Source: Octopus sinensis (lineage: Eukaryota). From it: a stretch of 43,114 bases of DNA. Below the pieces are notes generated by a model that searched no databases, was not told the origin of the DNA, and was given only the letters and a program-made list of their open reading frames with translations. The stretch is taken from NCBI RefSeq assembly GCF_006345805.1, contig NW_021834881.1, positions 1 through 43,114 on the forward strand, written 5' to 3'. Position numbers and translations under genes: made by a program. Shown piece after piece: positions 11,998 through 23,584 of this stretch (positions are counted from its first letter, which is position 1; each line of letters starts with the position of its first letter).

Positions 11998-12343
11998 GCA
12001 TATGTGTGTGTATGTATGGTGTGAACGTGTGTATGTGTGTGTGTAACGAACACAAATGAGTTAAGTTTCATTACAGCTGTTTCTCAATATATAACTGAAA
12101 ATGTGTGATGGAAGACACAACATGTTACCAAAAGATTTGAGAGGCCACACTGAATGCAATTTCACAATAAACATCATGTCTCTAGGTAGGTCAGCATCTC
12201 GAAATTCGAGCAACATTGTACATCATGACTAAAAACACAGACAATGTACTTGTTATTTTAAAGTCTAAATAATACATGAGCTCGCTTTAACCCTAAGTCG
12301 ATTAGCCTGCTGTCCAATCCGACACGCATTCTCGATATTATCG

Positions 12344-12377
<34 letters not shown>

Positions 12378-12578
12378 TATACACACACATATAGTGTTAT
12401 AATTCTTGAAAATGTTGGATTGTTATAATACCCACTTCTTTATACAGTATGCTTAGCAAAAGCAGTAAGCACACAACTATCTCTAACCACCTAGTATATG
12501 TCCTCTTTACTTACAGTGACAATGATATGCCATTCGTCACGTGGTAGGGGTGTACAATCCTTATTAATTCCCTACAGC

Positions 12579-12622
<44 letters not shown>

Positions 12623-12677
12623 GTGTGCGTGTGTGTGTGTACGTATGTATATATATATGTGTGTGTGTGCGTGTATG

Positions 12678-12735
<58 letters not shown>

Positions 12736-13045
12736 CGTATTTATATATATGTATCAAATTAAGGAGTCAGATAGAATCACGTACTTGAAAAGACATGCAC
12801 TAGGTAGGGTTCGATAAACCTGCAGTTCCGTCCTGTCCTAAGTATCAAATAGGATATTCCGATTGTGTACACAGAGAAAACTAACCCTATGAATATCTAG
12901 CACTCAGGGAGTAGTTCAAAGCACGTGATACGTTGAATTGTACGTTCTTAGTATGTAAATCCCCTTGGTGTATTTTAATCAAATGATTGATAACAGACAA
13001 TTATCCATCGTATGTTACTATTCATTTGACACATAAATGGTAATT

Positions 13046-13199
13046 TCTGTTTGTTTGTGAATTTGTTACTTTAACTCCTGGGGAACTATTCAACCGATCT
13101 TGATGAACCTTGACATGTGCGTTTGGCTTATGCCTACGCGGACACTTAAGCACTTGGAATTTCCAAAAAATCAAAATCTTTTAATCACTTTCGTTGTTT
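13046..13199. mobile_element. Possible Helentron/HINE-like non-autonomous fragment
   Basis: TGTTTGTTTGT...AACTCC...TTCAACCGATCTTGATGAACCTTG resembles the recalled CCGATTTTGATGAAA motif of such elements; no termini recognised. Confidence 0.3.
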
Positions 13200-14083
13200 A
13201 ATACCTCTTCTGATACGTGGCATTTGGTGACTGAGGGCGATTCCTCTTGCTGCCTCCATTTGCTTCTCCTGACACAAATTCGGTTCATCTCAAACTGTTG
13301 ACAGACGTAGATCCAGTTTTGTTCTGATGGCATCTATATCCACCCTGTGTAGGTCTCCATGAGGATACTGACAAGCTGTGGGTTCTGAAAACCAGGCTAT
13401 TGCAGTATCCTACCCTGTATTATGATGGCCATGTTTGGACTTTTGGCATTATGCGTGTAACTTTCATTGCCAATATTTGCAACAATTTCTTCAAGAATTT
13501 TTCAGATGTATATCATGACTTATCATTCGAACCATTTTTGTAGCAATTACACTCTTACCTTATTCAGCCTTTCTTAGAAGCTGACATGTCGTATTCAGTC
13601 GATTTTCTTCGTGTAGCTTCGCTAGATTTCTTCGGATTGTATCGTTAATTTTACACTATGTAGAGACCATAACTGGGAGCAAGCGGCTGAGGATATGTCC
13701 TTCAGAGGACCATTATGCTTTACCTCTTCTCTCGTTCGGAAATCTGTAAGGATAATTCCGACCAAATTCCTGCATGTTATTGCCAACTTAGTAATATGCA
13801 ACCGGAAAAATGCATCATCACTCATGTCAATGCAGAGGTGGGGGCATTGATTTTGGTTCAGAGATTGCAATATGTCTTGTGTATCTTGCATTTCATTCAT
13901 CATCATGTGTTGGTAATGCTGGGTTTGGAATTTTTCAGCATAAAACTGCATTGTTGTTGCCCTCATCCCGTCTGCATACTGCGTCCTGTGGTAGGTACGC
14001 AAAGTCAGTAGGATTCTGTATGCTCAGAGAAACTTTCGCATCGACTGCAAGAATGCTGAGGGCATATCTGAGAAAGCCACTAC
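13200..14083 (-). pseudogene. CR1-type LINE ORF2 3' fragment, decayed and 5'-truncated
   Basis: Frameshifted translation: FSDMP..VDAKVSLSIQNP (RT YADD region), MQFYAEKFQ, CRNLVGII, SQLWS..SVKLTIQSEEI*RSYTKKI..RHVSF*ERL..IYI*KILE. Same family as 42976-43114. Confidence 0.85.
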
Positions 14084-14291
14084 AATATATATATACACAT
14101 ACACACACGCACAGAGGCATATGTGTGTATATATATATATACGTATGAGTAGGTGAACAAGCAAAAGAGACATTCACCACATTTAGTAGGAGTTAAATAT
14201 ATTATTATATAAAACAGCTTCATTCGGCTTCATGCAGCGAGATTCCTGTAACGAGAATTTAAGTTACGTGGAGCTGAATCAACTGTTATCC

Positions 14292-14293
14292 AA

Positions 14294-14357
<64 letters not shown>

Positions 14358-14605
14358 GGTGGTGGTGATGGTGGTGGTGGTGGTGATGGTAGTAGTAGTA
14401 GTGGTGGTGGTGGTGGTGGTGATGGTGGTGGTGGTGGTGATGGTAGTAGTAGTAGTAGCAGCAGCAGCAGTAGTAGTAGTAGTAGTAGTAATGAGAAGAA
14501 GAAGAAGAAGCGGAAGAAGAAGAAGAAGAAGAGCAACAACAACAGCAGCAGCAGCATAAGAAACATCAACAACAAGAGTATATAAAGAAACCGAGGAGGG
14601 ATATG

Positions 14606-14653
<48 letters not shown>

Positions 14654-14662
14654 AGATAGATC

Positions 14663-14690
<28 letters not shown>
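14292..14690. repeat. Compound (AGT)n/(GGT)n/(AGA)n tracts, then (GATA)n/(GA)n
   Basis: Direct reading. Confidence 0.95.
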
Positions 14691-14695
<5 letters not shown>

Positions 14696-15367
14696 AGAGA
14701 AAGAGTGGGGAGATTTGGACACCTGCATACATGTATGTCAGGATACAAATACATACAGACACACGAATACGTAGGTATGTTTGTATCTTTGTATGAGTGT
14801 GTTGTCGCGTGTGCATACATACGTTGTATGCGTGTTTTCGTTTCAATAGAGAAACAAAAAAGAAAAAGTATTAACCACTTCGATAATATAAGAATGACAA
14901 GAGAATACGAATTAAAAACATTTGCTTCGAACAAGATCCTAATTCTCACATATTTGAAATAACAGGAAAAAAGTGGCGTATAAAATAGTCGCCATGTTAC
15001 TTTGATTTCAGATACGTTTTCCTAACATTTCAGTCGTTCTCTAGACATCTGGTTGCTGTAAATAAACCTCACCGGAGCAATTAAATTGGAAATGAAAGAA
15101 TACGATTAAATAGGGTTAGAATTAATAAGTTTCAAAGTTAACGTTGCTTTAACCGGCAGGATTAGTGCGGTGGGGGATCGTGGGCGATGGCGGCAGCTAA
15201 TGTCGTTTTATCAATACTCAGTGGATATTATATCATTTTATATGCATGCATGTCAGCATGTGTGTATACATGTGTGTATGCTGTACGTATGCCTCTATGT
15301 ATGTGTGTGTATGTATTATGTATGTGTGTGTACGTATGTATGCATGTATGTATATATATACATATAT

Positions 15368-15434
<67 letters not shown>

Positions 15435-15435
15435 C

Positions 15436-15476
<41 letters not shown>

Positions 15477-16084
15477 TAGATATAATTTACTTTTGAATGT
15501 GCGTCGCGTATACGGGTGTATAGACATAACTGTAGGCATCCATACATGCATAGATGCCTACATGCACACATTTATACATGCATATATACATATATACACA
15601 AATTCATATGTACACATATATATATACACGAATATAATATACATGCATGTACTTTCATAATGACATACAATATATATACTCACATACGTACATATATATG
15701 TATACATTCACACACACACACACACAGTCATATATATATACATACGTACACTTAATCATATACACAACCACACACGTTTATACGTCGAGTTCCATCGTGG
15801 CATATCAATGTCTGCATGTTTAAAGATCCGTGACAAATTGCAGTTTTTAAACGATATTTCATTTATGTTTGTCTTCAACGTCTTACGTAGACAAATGATG
15901 CAAAAGAGTAACACTGACCTTCCAGAATCGACGCCCAGAAGTTTTAGTGACCTTGACCTTTGACTACGCATGACATTTCATTGCCAATGACTTTTCTCAA
16001 ACCATGACCTTTCCAACAGGTTCGTCATATCAGAGACTTTGACTTTCTGTATACTGATATCTGCTGGAGAATTATAGCATAAAA

Positions 16085-16480
16085 TCTTTATATATAAAAG
16101 TGAGGTTGTGTGTCTGTCTCCTACGATTTAGATTCCTAACTATTCCCACATTTTGCGGTGCAGTTTAACCAAAAGCGGGTATCGTATAGTCGTGATTCAT
16201 ATCGAGCTCTACTGGGTATTAGCGCGCGTCTACGATGAGTCTACGATTTAAAAAAAAATTACCATAATTTTTTTTCCATTTTAATGCATTTTTTCGCTAT
16301 TATATAAGGGAAGTAACTCTCTAAAAATGTCTACGATGAGTCAACGATTTTAAAAAAAATTTACCATAATTTTTTCCCATTTTTAATGAATTTTTTGCTA
16401 TTTTTTGGCTATAACTCTCTAAAAATGCTTATATAGTTATTTCCCTTACAAACCCGAGCAACGCCGGGCGATACTGCTAG
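16085..16480 (+). mobile_element. Non-autonomous Helitron, 396 bp
   Basis: 5' A^TC at 16084/16085; 3' hairpin CCCGAGCAACGCCGGG 16453-16468; CTAG^T at 16477-16481; no TSD; internal ~100-bp tandem repeat (16228-16426). Confidence 0.88.
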
Positions 16481-16554
16481 TTATATTAAAAGCCAAGCAA
16501 TTCTAGAAGGAAGGACGGCATTTAGCTTCAGTAGTACTCGTGAAAATTGCGAGT

Positions 16555-16811
16555 CTGGATGTAAGATAAGAGGGCTGGTAATGGGAAGAAAAACAGGTAT
16601 AAGAGCTGTGCTTGTAACAAGCAGAAGGAACGTGGTCTTATAACAATAATTATAACAGGGTGAATGGAAAGGAGTTAAAATTGCAGGGCCTGGATGTTAG
16701 ATAGAGGGCTGGTAATGAGAAGAAAAATTCTTATAAGAGTTGTGTCTGTAAGGAGCAGAAGGATCGTGGTCTTATAGCAATAATTATAACAGGGTGAGTG
16801 GGAAGAGTTAA
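16555..16811. repeat. Diverged tandem duplication, period 135 bp
   Basis: CTGGATGT..GATAAGAGGGCTGGTAATG...ATAATTATAACAGGGTGA..GAGTTAA at 16555-16678 and 16690-16811. Confidence 0.9.
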
Positions 16812-17024
16812 CCAATCGTTTGTGTGAGGCAAAATGCTTTGTGGTATTTTGTCCGCCTCTGCGTTCTGAGTTCAAATTCCGCCGAGGTCGACTTTACCTT
16901 TCAACCTTTCGGGCCGATAAATTAAGTACCCGTTACGCACTGGGTTCAATCTAATCAACTTAATCTGTTTGTCTGTACTTGTTTGTCCTCTCTATGTTTA
17001 GCCCCTTGTGGGCAATAAAGAAAT
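16812..17024 (+). mobile_element. SINE family A (A1 tail), 5' end eroded
   Basis: CGTTCTGAGTTCAAATTCCGCCGAGGTCGAC...AATAAAGAAAT. Confidence 0.88.
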
Positions 17025-17280
17025 AGTTATTGGTGTGTTTTCTAGTTAGTGTGGAAGCAGTAACTTCCGAAGTTTTATGGACGCTAATTTAATGTGAACT
17101 AGGATGTCTATTGGTTGGTGTAGATATTATTCATGTTGGATATGTGCTGTGCAGTACATCTCCGCCAAAAAGCAGGCAAACTTGGAATTTATAGTGTCAA
17201 TAAGAAACTGTTCCTTAAATTTCTCGTTTCCAAATACGGATAATGCTCCTGCTGCTGCCAATATTGAATATGGTAATTCC

Positions 17281-17483
17281 GATGATGATGATGATGATGA
17301 TAGCGGCAGCGGCGGCGATAGTGACGATGATGATGATGATGGTGAGAGCGATGACGATAACAACGATGACGATGATGATGATGATGATGATTATGACAAT
17401 GAGGATGATGATGATAACGATGAAAGTGATGATGGTGAGGACGACGACAACAATGATAATGAGGATGATGACAATAACGTTGG

Positions 17484-17514
<31 letters not shown>

Positions 17515-17517
17515 GAC

Positions 17518-17558
<41 letters not shown>

Positions 17559-17645
17559 CGATGATGATGACAACAACGACCACAATTACGACGACGATGC
17601 TGATGATGACGAAGACGACACCGACAGCGACAATGACGATGACCA
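17281..17645. repeat. Degenerate (GAT)n/(GAC)n trinucleotide tract
   Basis: Direct reading; source of the poly-D/M/H/I ORFs. Confidence 0.95.
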
Positions 17646-17756
17646 ATTATAGAGAAGGAGAGAGACACACAGACATGCACACATACAATCAACCCTACTC
17701 CCTCTCTGTCTTTCTGTCTACCTCTCTCTCTCTCTCTGTCTCAGTCTGTCTGTCTA

Positions 17757-17801
<45 letters not shown>

Positions 17802-18257
17802 TTCCTGCCTCCTATCTAACGAGTCGCGTCTCATTTCTTCCAGATGTTTCCAAATGGATTATTATTTTACGATGCCGAAAAACTGCCTCTTTGATTGCTC
17901 CATTTCCACCTTAGTCCGACGATAGTCGAAGAAACAATAGTCAAGATTTCTGAGAACAAATGTTCTCCACTGGACCAATGTGCTTCCTGGTTCCGTTCTT
18001 CAGAATCATCTCAGAATACATTCCACCAGTGATCAGCATATTCTTAAAACCTAAACAAAAGACACAGGAGACAATTTACTATTTCAAAAATCAGGCGCTG
18101 GTTGTAGCTCTCAGATCGCAATACTGACGTCGGTCACTAATATATCTCCTTCGTAAAAACGCCAGATTTATTATTAAAATAATTTGGATTGGGAAAGTTA
18201 TGATTTTCATTTCAAAGAATATAGAAGAATAAGGCTAAATCATATATGATATTGTTT

Positions 18258-18650
18258 TCTACTCTCAGCACACAGCACAAAATTTTTGAGAGAGGGGTCA
18301 GTCGATTAGATTCGCCTCAGTACGCAACTGGTACTAAATTTATCGATCCCGAAAGGTTAAAAGGCAAAGTCGACCTCGGCGGATTTTGAACTCAGAACTT
18401 AAAGACAGAGGAAAGATCTATTTCTTTACTACCCACAAGGGCTAAACACAGAGAGGACAGACAATGAAAGACAAACGGATTAAGTCGATTATATCGACCC
18501 CAGTGCGTAGCTAGTACTTATTAAATCGACCCCGAAAGGATGAAAGGCTAAGTCGACCTCGGCGGAATTTGAACTCAGAACGTAAAGACAGATGAGATAA
18601 AGCTAATCATTTCGCCCAGCGTGCTAACGTTTCTGCCAGCTCGCCGCTTT
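18258..18650 (-). mobile_element. Composite family A SINE: full A1 unit (18420-18650) plus headless unit with A2 tail (18258-18415)
   Basis: GTCGACCTCGGCGGA(A/T)TTTGAACTCAGAAC occurs twice, at ~18369 and ~18552; same layout as 34128-34612. Confidence 0.85.
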
Positions 18651-18976
18651 AAATCCTCTACGATATCAATTTGCCTCTTAAAATGTTTGACAAGCCAGAC
18701 TTTAAAAAAAAAAAAAAAAGAGCATCAGGAAAGATGCTTTTACGCAGAAATTTTTTCACCTATGAAAAAAAGGGTGGAGATCGGCAGAAGATATGTGCGT
18801 TTATACTGGCTTCCTCTGACATATTGCACGAAAACAGTAGGTGGTTCATGCGAATGGAAACAGATGGACAAACAGAACAATACCCACAAAAAAGAATGTG
18901 TGCATGTATGTATGTATGTATGTATGTATTTATGTATGTATGTATGTATGTACGTATGTACGCACGCATGTGCGTG

Positions 18977-19027
<51 letters not shown>

Positions 19028-19044
19028 ATATATATATATATATA

Positions 19045-19111
<67 letters not shown>

Positions 19112-19470
19112 CGTGTGTAAGTCTATATAGGTGTATATATATATATATATATTCATGTGCGAGTGTGTATGTGTACGTATGTACGTATGTATGCATACAG
19201 CCTATATGTATATATATTCATATTTCTCTCTCTCTTTCTCTAATATATATATATATATATATGTGTGCTTGGGTGTGTGTGTGTGTGTATGAGCGTGTGC
19301 GCGCGCACAAATAGTTCTGCACATATACATGCACAAGAAGAGTTGGGCTTACATGTCTAAAAATGTATATGTATACTTATGTGAGTCTCTGTGTGTATGT
19401 GCATTTCTGCGACTGTGCTTGTGTGTGCATATGTGCGAGCGTACATATATATAGATACAAATATAAACAT

Positions 19471-19890
19471 ATAGGCGCAGGAGTGGCTGTGTGGTAAGTA
19501 ACTTGCTAACCAACCTCATGGTTCCGGGTTCAGTCCCACTGCGTGGCATCTTGGGCAAGTGTCTTCTGCTATAGCCCCGGGTTGACCAATGCCTTGTGTG
19601 TAGATTTGGTAGACGGAAACTCAAAGAAGCCTGTCGCATATATGTGTATATGTATATATATATGTATGTGTGTGTTTGTGTGTCTGGGATTGTCCCCCTA
19701 GCATTGCTAGACAACCTATGCCGGTGTGTTTACATCCCCGTCACTTAACGGTTCGGCAAATGAGACCGATAGAATAAGTACTGGGCTTACAAAGAATAAG
19801 TCCCGGGGTCGAATTGCTCGACTAAAGGCGGTGCTCCAGCATGGCCGCAGTCAAATGACTGAAACAAGTAAAAGAGTAAAAGAGTAAGAG
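19471..19890 (+). mobile_element. tRNA-derived SINE, family B, full length
   Basis: Matches 11180-11590 along its length; (AAAAGAGT)n-like tail. Confidence 0.92.
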
Positions 19891-19966
19891 TATATATATA
19901 GATAGATAGATAGATAAATGAATAGATACATATCACCATATATTATATTATATATGTGCGTGTAGG

Positions 19967-20016
<50 letters not shown>

Positions 20017-20347
20017 AAAGTTTGTTTGGTAAAGCACGTGGGTGAATATATAAGAAAATAGTAGAGTGAAAAAACGACAGAAGGCTTAAATGTTAAAAAA
20101 TATATTTGCGTCAAAATGTCTGGAGAATATTGGAAAAATTTTTTTCCTTTCCTTAAAATGACATAATTTTATAATTTTTAAAGAAATAGCGGTTTCGCAG
20201 TTAGCTCTTCAAATTTCTTGTGACTTAATGTTTATTTTTAATAACGTAATCCTTGTATTTTTGCTAAGGAGAGTTCTAAATAAGGGAAAGTAGTGAGTGA
20301 TTTCTTCCGGTGTAAGGGAGATAATCGCTTAAAAAAATTTTTTTCCT

Positions 20348-22020
20348 TTAGTGTGAATTTCTCTGTATTATTGAGTTCGGATATTTGAGTCTGGGTTTGT
20401 ACTTTTCAATGAAGAATGTTTCCTTATTTAGTCTAATTTGTGATGATGATCCGAAAGCACATTGGTAAAATGGAAAGATTAAAAATTGTGGTTGTAGTTG
20501 CTTTGCGCATTTCTCAATGTGTTCACTAAAAGGTATCATTCTATATTCTGGGAATGCAATCTGTTGTCGATGCAGTGTGCATCTACGTCTGAGTGATAGT
20601 CCCGTGGACCCCACGTAGTCTTGGTGGCAGCCCGAGCATTTAATGACATAAATTATGTTTTCAGAGGCACAAGTAAAGTTAGATTTGATCTTGAATTTCT
20701 GTCCCTCTTTAAAGAAGAATTCTGATCCTTCCAATAGGTTAGGACATGTTGCACATTCGATCTATCACATTTTTTTACTTTTGCATCCGTAATTTTAGAA
20801 GTTAATTTTGCCTTTGTGAGAATCTTTTAAGTGATTTAGGCTGTTTGTAGCTTTTAATGATTTGGTGTATGTTTAGAATTTCCTTTAATTTGGGGTTTTT
20901 ATGAAGTATTGGTAAATTCTGGGTGATGATGGTGAAAGCTTCTTTGTTTCTGGGGTTGTATGTAGATATGTAAGGTAGTATTTTCGGGGAAGGTGTGTTG
21001 TTGTGTTGAACTTTTCTTAAAGTTTCTATGTTGATTTCTGTTGCACGTCTGATCCCATCCTCTATGAGTTCAGTTGGGTAATGTCTGTCAATTAGGGTGT
21101 TTTTGAGTTCTTGCAGTCTGAAGTTCCTGGTATTTTGTTCTGACACTATTGTGCATATGCTTCTTGCAAGGTTGAAGGGGATGTTTGTTTTAGTGTGTCT
21201 TGAGTGGCATGAACTAAAAAGAAGGTATTGTTTGGCGTCTGTGGCTTTGTAGAAAATGTCTGTTTCTATTTTAAGGTTAATTTTTTTAATTAGTATATCC
21301 AAGAACGGGAGTTCCTTTTGGTTGTATTCCATGTGAACTGTATATTTGGGTTTATGCTGTTCAATAGGTTTTTAAATTTAATAAGTTTTATCTGTGTTTT
21401 CATTCCAAGAATAAAACAATCGTCCAAGAATCGTTTCCAGTTCTCTTTTATGTATTGAGAGAGGGGGTTTCCAAAGATTGATAAGGATTCCTGGTAAATG
21501 GTTATTTCCATGTATGCCATTGTTAAGTTCGCAATGACTGGTGCTGCCCTTGTACCCATAGCAATTCCGGATTTTTGACGGTAAAATGTATTGTCAAACA
21601 TGAAGTGGTTATTGTGTAGGATGAATTCAATTGATTTAGTATGAATTCTTTACTGATCCTTTTTGGTATTTCTTCCGGAAATTGGTCTAACCAGAACTGA
21701 ATTGCTTCCAGTCCATAATTATGAGGTATACTGGTATACAAGTTCACTACACAAATGAACCAGGATTGTTTCTTCCTTGGCTTTTTTTGGGAGGTGGTTT
21801 AACATATCTAAGTCATCTCTGATATGGCTATCGATATGTTTAAGGAAGGGTTTCAGGAGGATGTCCATAAGCAGACTTAGTCTGTGTGTTTCACAGGTTG
21901 GGCCAGCTACAATGGGTCGTAGTTTTAGGTCCCCTGGGTTGGGTGTGTGTATGTATGTCTTTGGTGATTTTTTAATGGTTTCATTTATAATTTGACTTTT
22001 ATGAATTTTTGGCAGACCAT
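20348..22020 (-). pseudogene. Penelope-type pol (RT, Cys linker, GIY-YIG endonuclease), frameshifted in this assembly
   Basis: GLPKIHK, LRPIVAG, (D)VVNLYTSIP, YRQKSGIAMGT, WKRFLDDCF, ELPFLD, YLLFSSCH, C-x-R-x2-C-x2-C linker, IYVIKCSGCHQDYVGST...RCTLH...H...KETFFIEKYKP. Confidence 0.95.
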
Positions 22021-22402
22021 GACTATCACTCAGACGTAGATGCACACTGCATCGACAACAGATTGCATTCCCAGAATATAGAATGATACCTTTTAGTGAA
22101 CACATTGAGAAATGCGCAAAGCAACTACAACCACAATTTTTAATCTTTCCATTTTACCAATGTGCTTTCGGATCATCATCACAAATTAGACTAAATAAGG
22201 AAACATTCTTCATTGAAAAGTACAAACCCAGACTCAACTATCCGAACTCAATAATACAGAGAAATTCACACTAAAGGAAAAAATTTTTTTTAAGCGATTA
22301 TCTCCATTACACCGGAAGAAATCACTCACTACTTTCCCTTATTTAGAACTCTCCTTAGCAAAAATACAAGGATTACGTTATTAAAAATAAACATTAAGTC
22401 AC

Positions 22403-22440
22403 AAGAATTTGAAGAGCTAACTGCGAAACCGGTATTTCTT
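22403..22440 (+). ncRNA. Minimal hammerhead-like motif in the Penelope terminal repeat (variant core); mirror copy at 20181-20219 (-)
   Basis: AAGAA-T / TTGAAGA 22409-22415 (C3->U) / GC-TAACT-GC / GAAA 22425-22428 / palindromic ACCGGT / GTA / TTTCTT. The mirror copy has ACCGCT. Confidence 0.5.
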
Positions 22441-22569
22441 TAAAAATTATAAAATTATGTCATTTTAAGAAAGGAAAAAATTTTTCCAATATTCTCCAGA
22501 CATTTTGACGCAAATATATATATTTTTAACATTTAAGCCTTCTGTCGTTTTTTCACTCTTTACTATTTT

Positions 22570-22602
<33 letters not shown>

Positions 22603-22627
22603 TTTATTTAAAGCAGCAGAAAATTCA

Positions 22628-22678
22628 ACAAAATCTGTTACTCTGATTTCTCGTTGCCGTTCATCAGACAGTTTTTGC
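22628..22678 (-). ncRNA. Mirror hammerhead in the left palindrome arm, lacking one C in stem III
   Basis: Reverse complement reads CTGATGA ACGGCAACGA GAAA-TCAGAGTA ACAG. Confidence 0.55.
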
Positions 22679-22687
22679 TAGATTCTA

Positions 22688-22739
22688 GCAAAAACTGTCT
22701 GATGAACGGCAACGAGAAACTCAGAGTAACAGATTTTGT
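22688..22739 (+). ncRNA. Minimal type I hammerhead ribozyme (core intact)
   Basis: Stem I GCAAAAACTGT / ACAGATTTTGT (10 of 11 pairs); CTGATGA 22699-22705; A-CG-GCAA-CG-A stem II; GAAA 22716-22719; palindromic stem III ACTC-A-GAGT; triplet GTA 22726-22728. Confidence 0.75.
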
Positions 22740-22834
22740 TGAATCTTCTGCTGCTTTAAATAAAGCATATTACTCTACCACTGGTATTTGAGTACTCTTT
22801 TTTCCACCTTGTTTCACATTTATGTGTTTACTCC

Positions 22835-22871
<37 letters not shown>

Positions 22872-22934
22872 GCGTGCGTGTATGAGTTCATATATATTAT
22901 ATGTATCATATATATAAATATTATACTACATACC

Positions 22935-23065
<131 letters not shown>

Positions 23066-23413
23066 GTATATATAGCTTAATATAGTATATGGAGACATAC
23101 ACACACAAAGACACACACGAAGATATATGTGGACAAATAACCATAGATTGTTTCCTCATATTTGTCCATACCTCACCTGCCATTAGAGTATCTGCCTTGG
23201 TTAGAAAGCAGGATTTTAAGGCTTAGAATTAGCCAAGCGAATAATTCCTTCTTGCTTACCTACTACTGTGTAAACATCTTCACACTTACTATATACCCAC
23301 TTACTCACACACACACGTATACAGATGCATACATACTTACATACATACATGCACACGTACATATATATTCATCCCTATATATGTGTGTATATATAATATG
23401 CAATATATATTTA

Positions 23414-23565
23414 GCTGTCTGGTAAGCAGCTTGCTTACCAACCACATAGTTCCGGGTTCAGTCCTACTGCGTGGCACCTTTGGCTAGTGTCTTCTGCTAT
23501 AGCCTCGGGCCGATCAAAGTCTTGTGAGTGGATTTGTTAGACGAAAACTAAAAGAAGCCCGTCGT
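23414..23565 (+). mobile_element. SINE family B, 5' half
   Basis: GCTGTCTGGTAAGCAGC...GGGTTCAGTCC...GAAAACTAAAAGAAGCCCGTCG. Confidence 0.85.
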
Positions 23566-23584
23566 ATTTATATATACACACATA

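Larger units (their letters stand above)
20012..22578 (-). mobile_element. Penelope-like retroelement, 5'-truncated, with an inverted copy of its 3' end
   Basis: Minus-strand RT + GIY-YIG at 20348-22020. 22021-22578 is the reverse complement of 20046-20601 with only a handful of differences. (TA)n on both sides. Confidence 0.96.
22602..22836. mobile_element. Hammerhead-bearing unit (22684-22836, +) with head-to-head inverted copy of its first 82 bp; family H2
   Basis: Palindrome 22602-22765 centred on 22683; arms differ by one substitution and one 1-nt indel; (TA)n on both flanks. Confidence 0.9.

Noticed and set aside
12511-12570. Minus-strand mini-exon ending in GTAAGT ([19 protein letters not shown])
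   Set aside because: The acceptor is preceded by (TA)n rather than a pyrimidine tract; no homology or partner exon.
14232-14949. Ser/Gly/Lys-rich ORFs
   Set aside because: Compound trinucleotide repeats.
17104-17914. Poly-Asp/Met/His ORFs resembling acidic biomineralisation proteins
   Set aside because: A degenerate (GAT)n tract open in most frames, with no signal peptide or splice support.
21719-22105. ORF N-terminus MCSLKGIILYSGNAICCRCSVHLRLSD as part of the RT
   Set aside because: It is the antisense reading of the inverted arm (22021-22105) fused by chance in frame to GLPKIHK.
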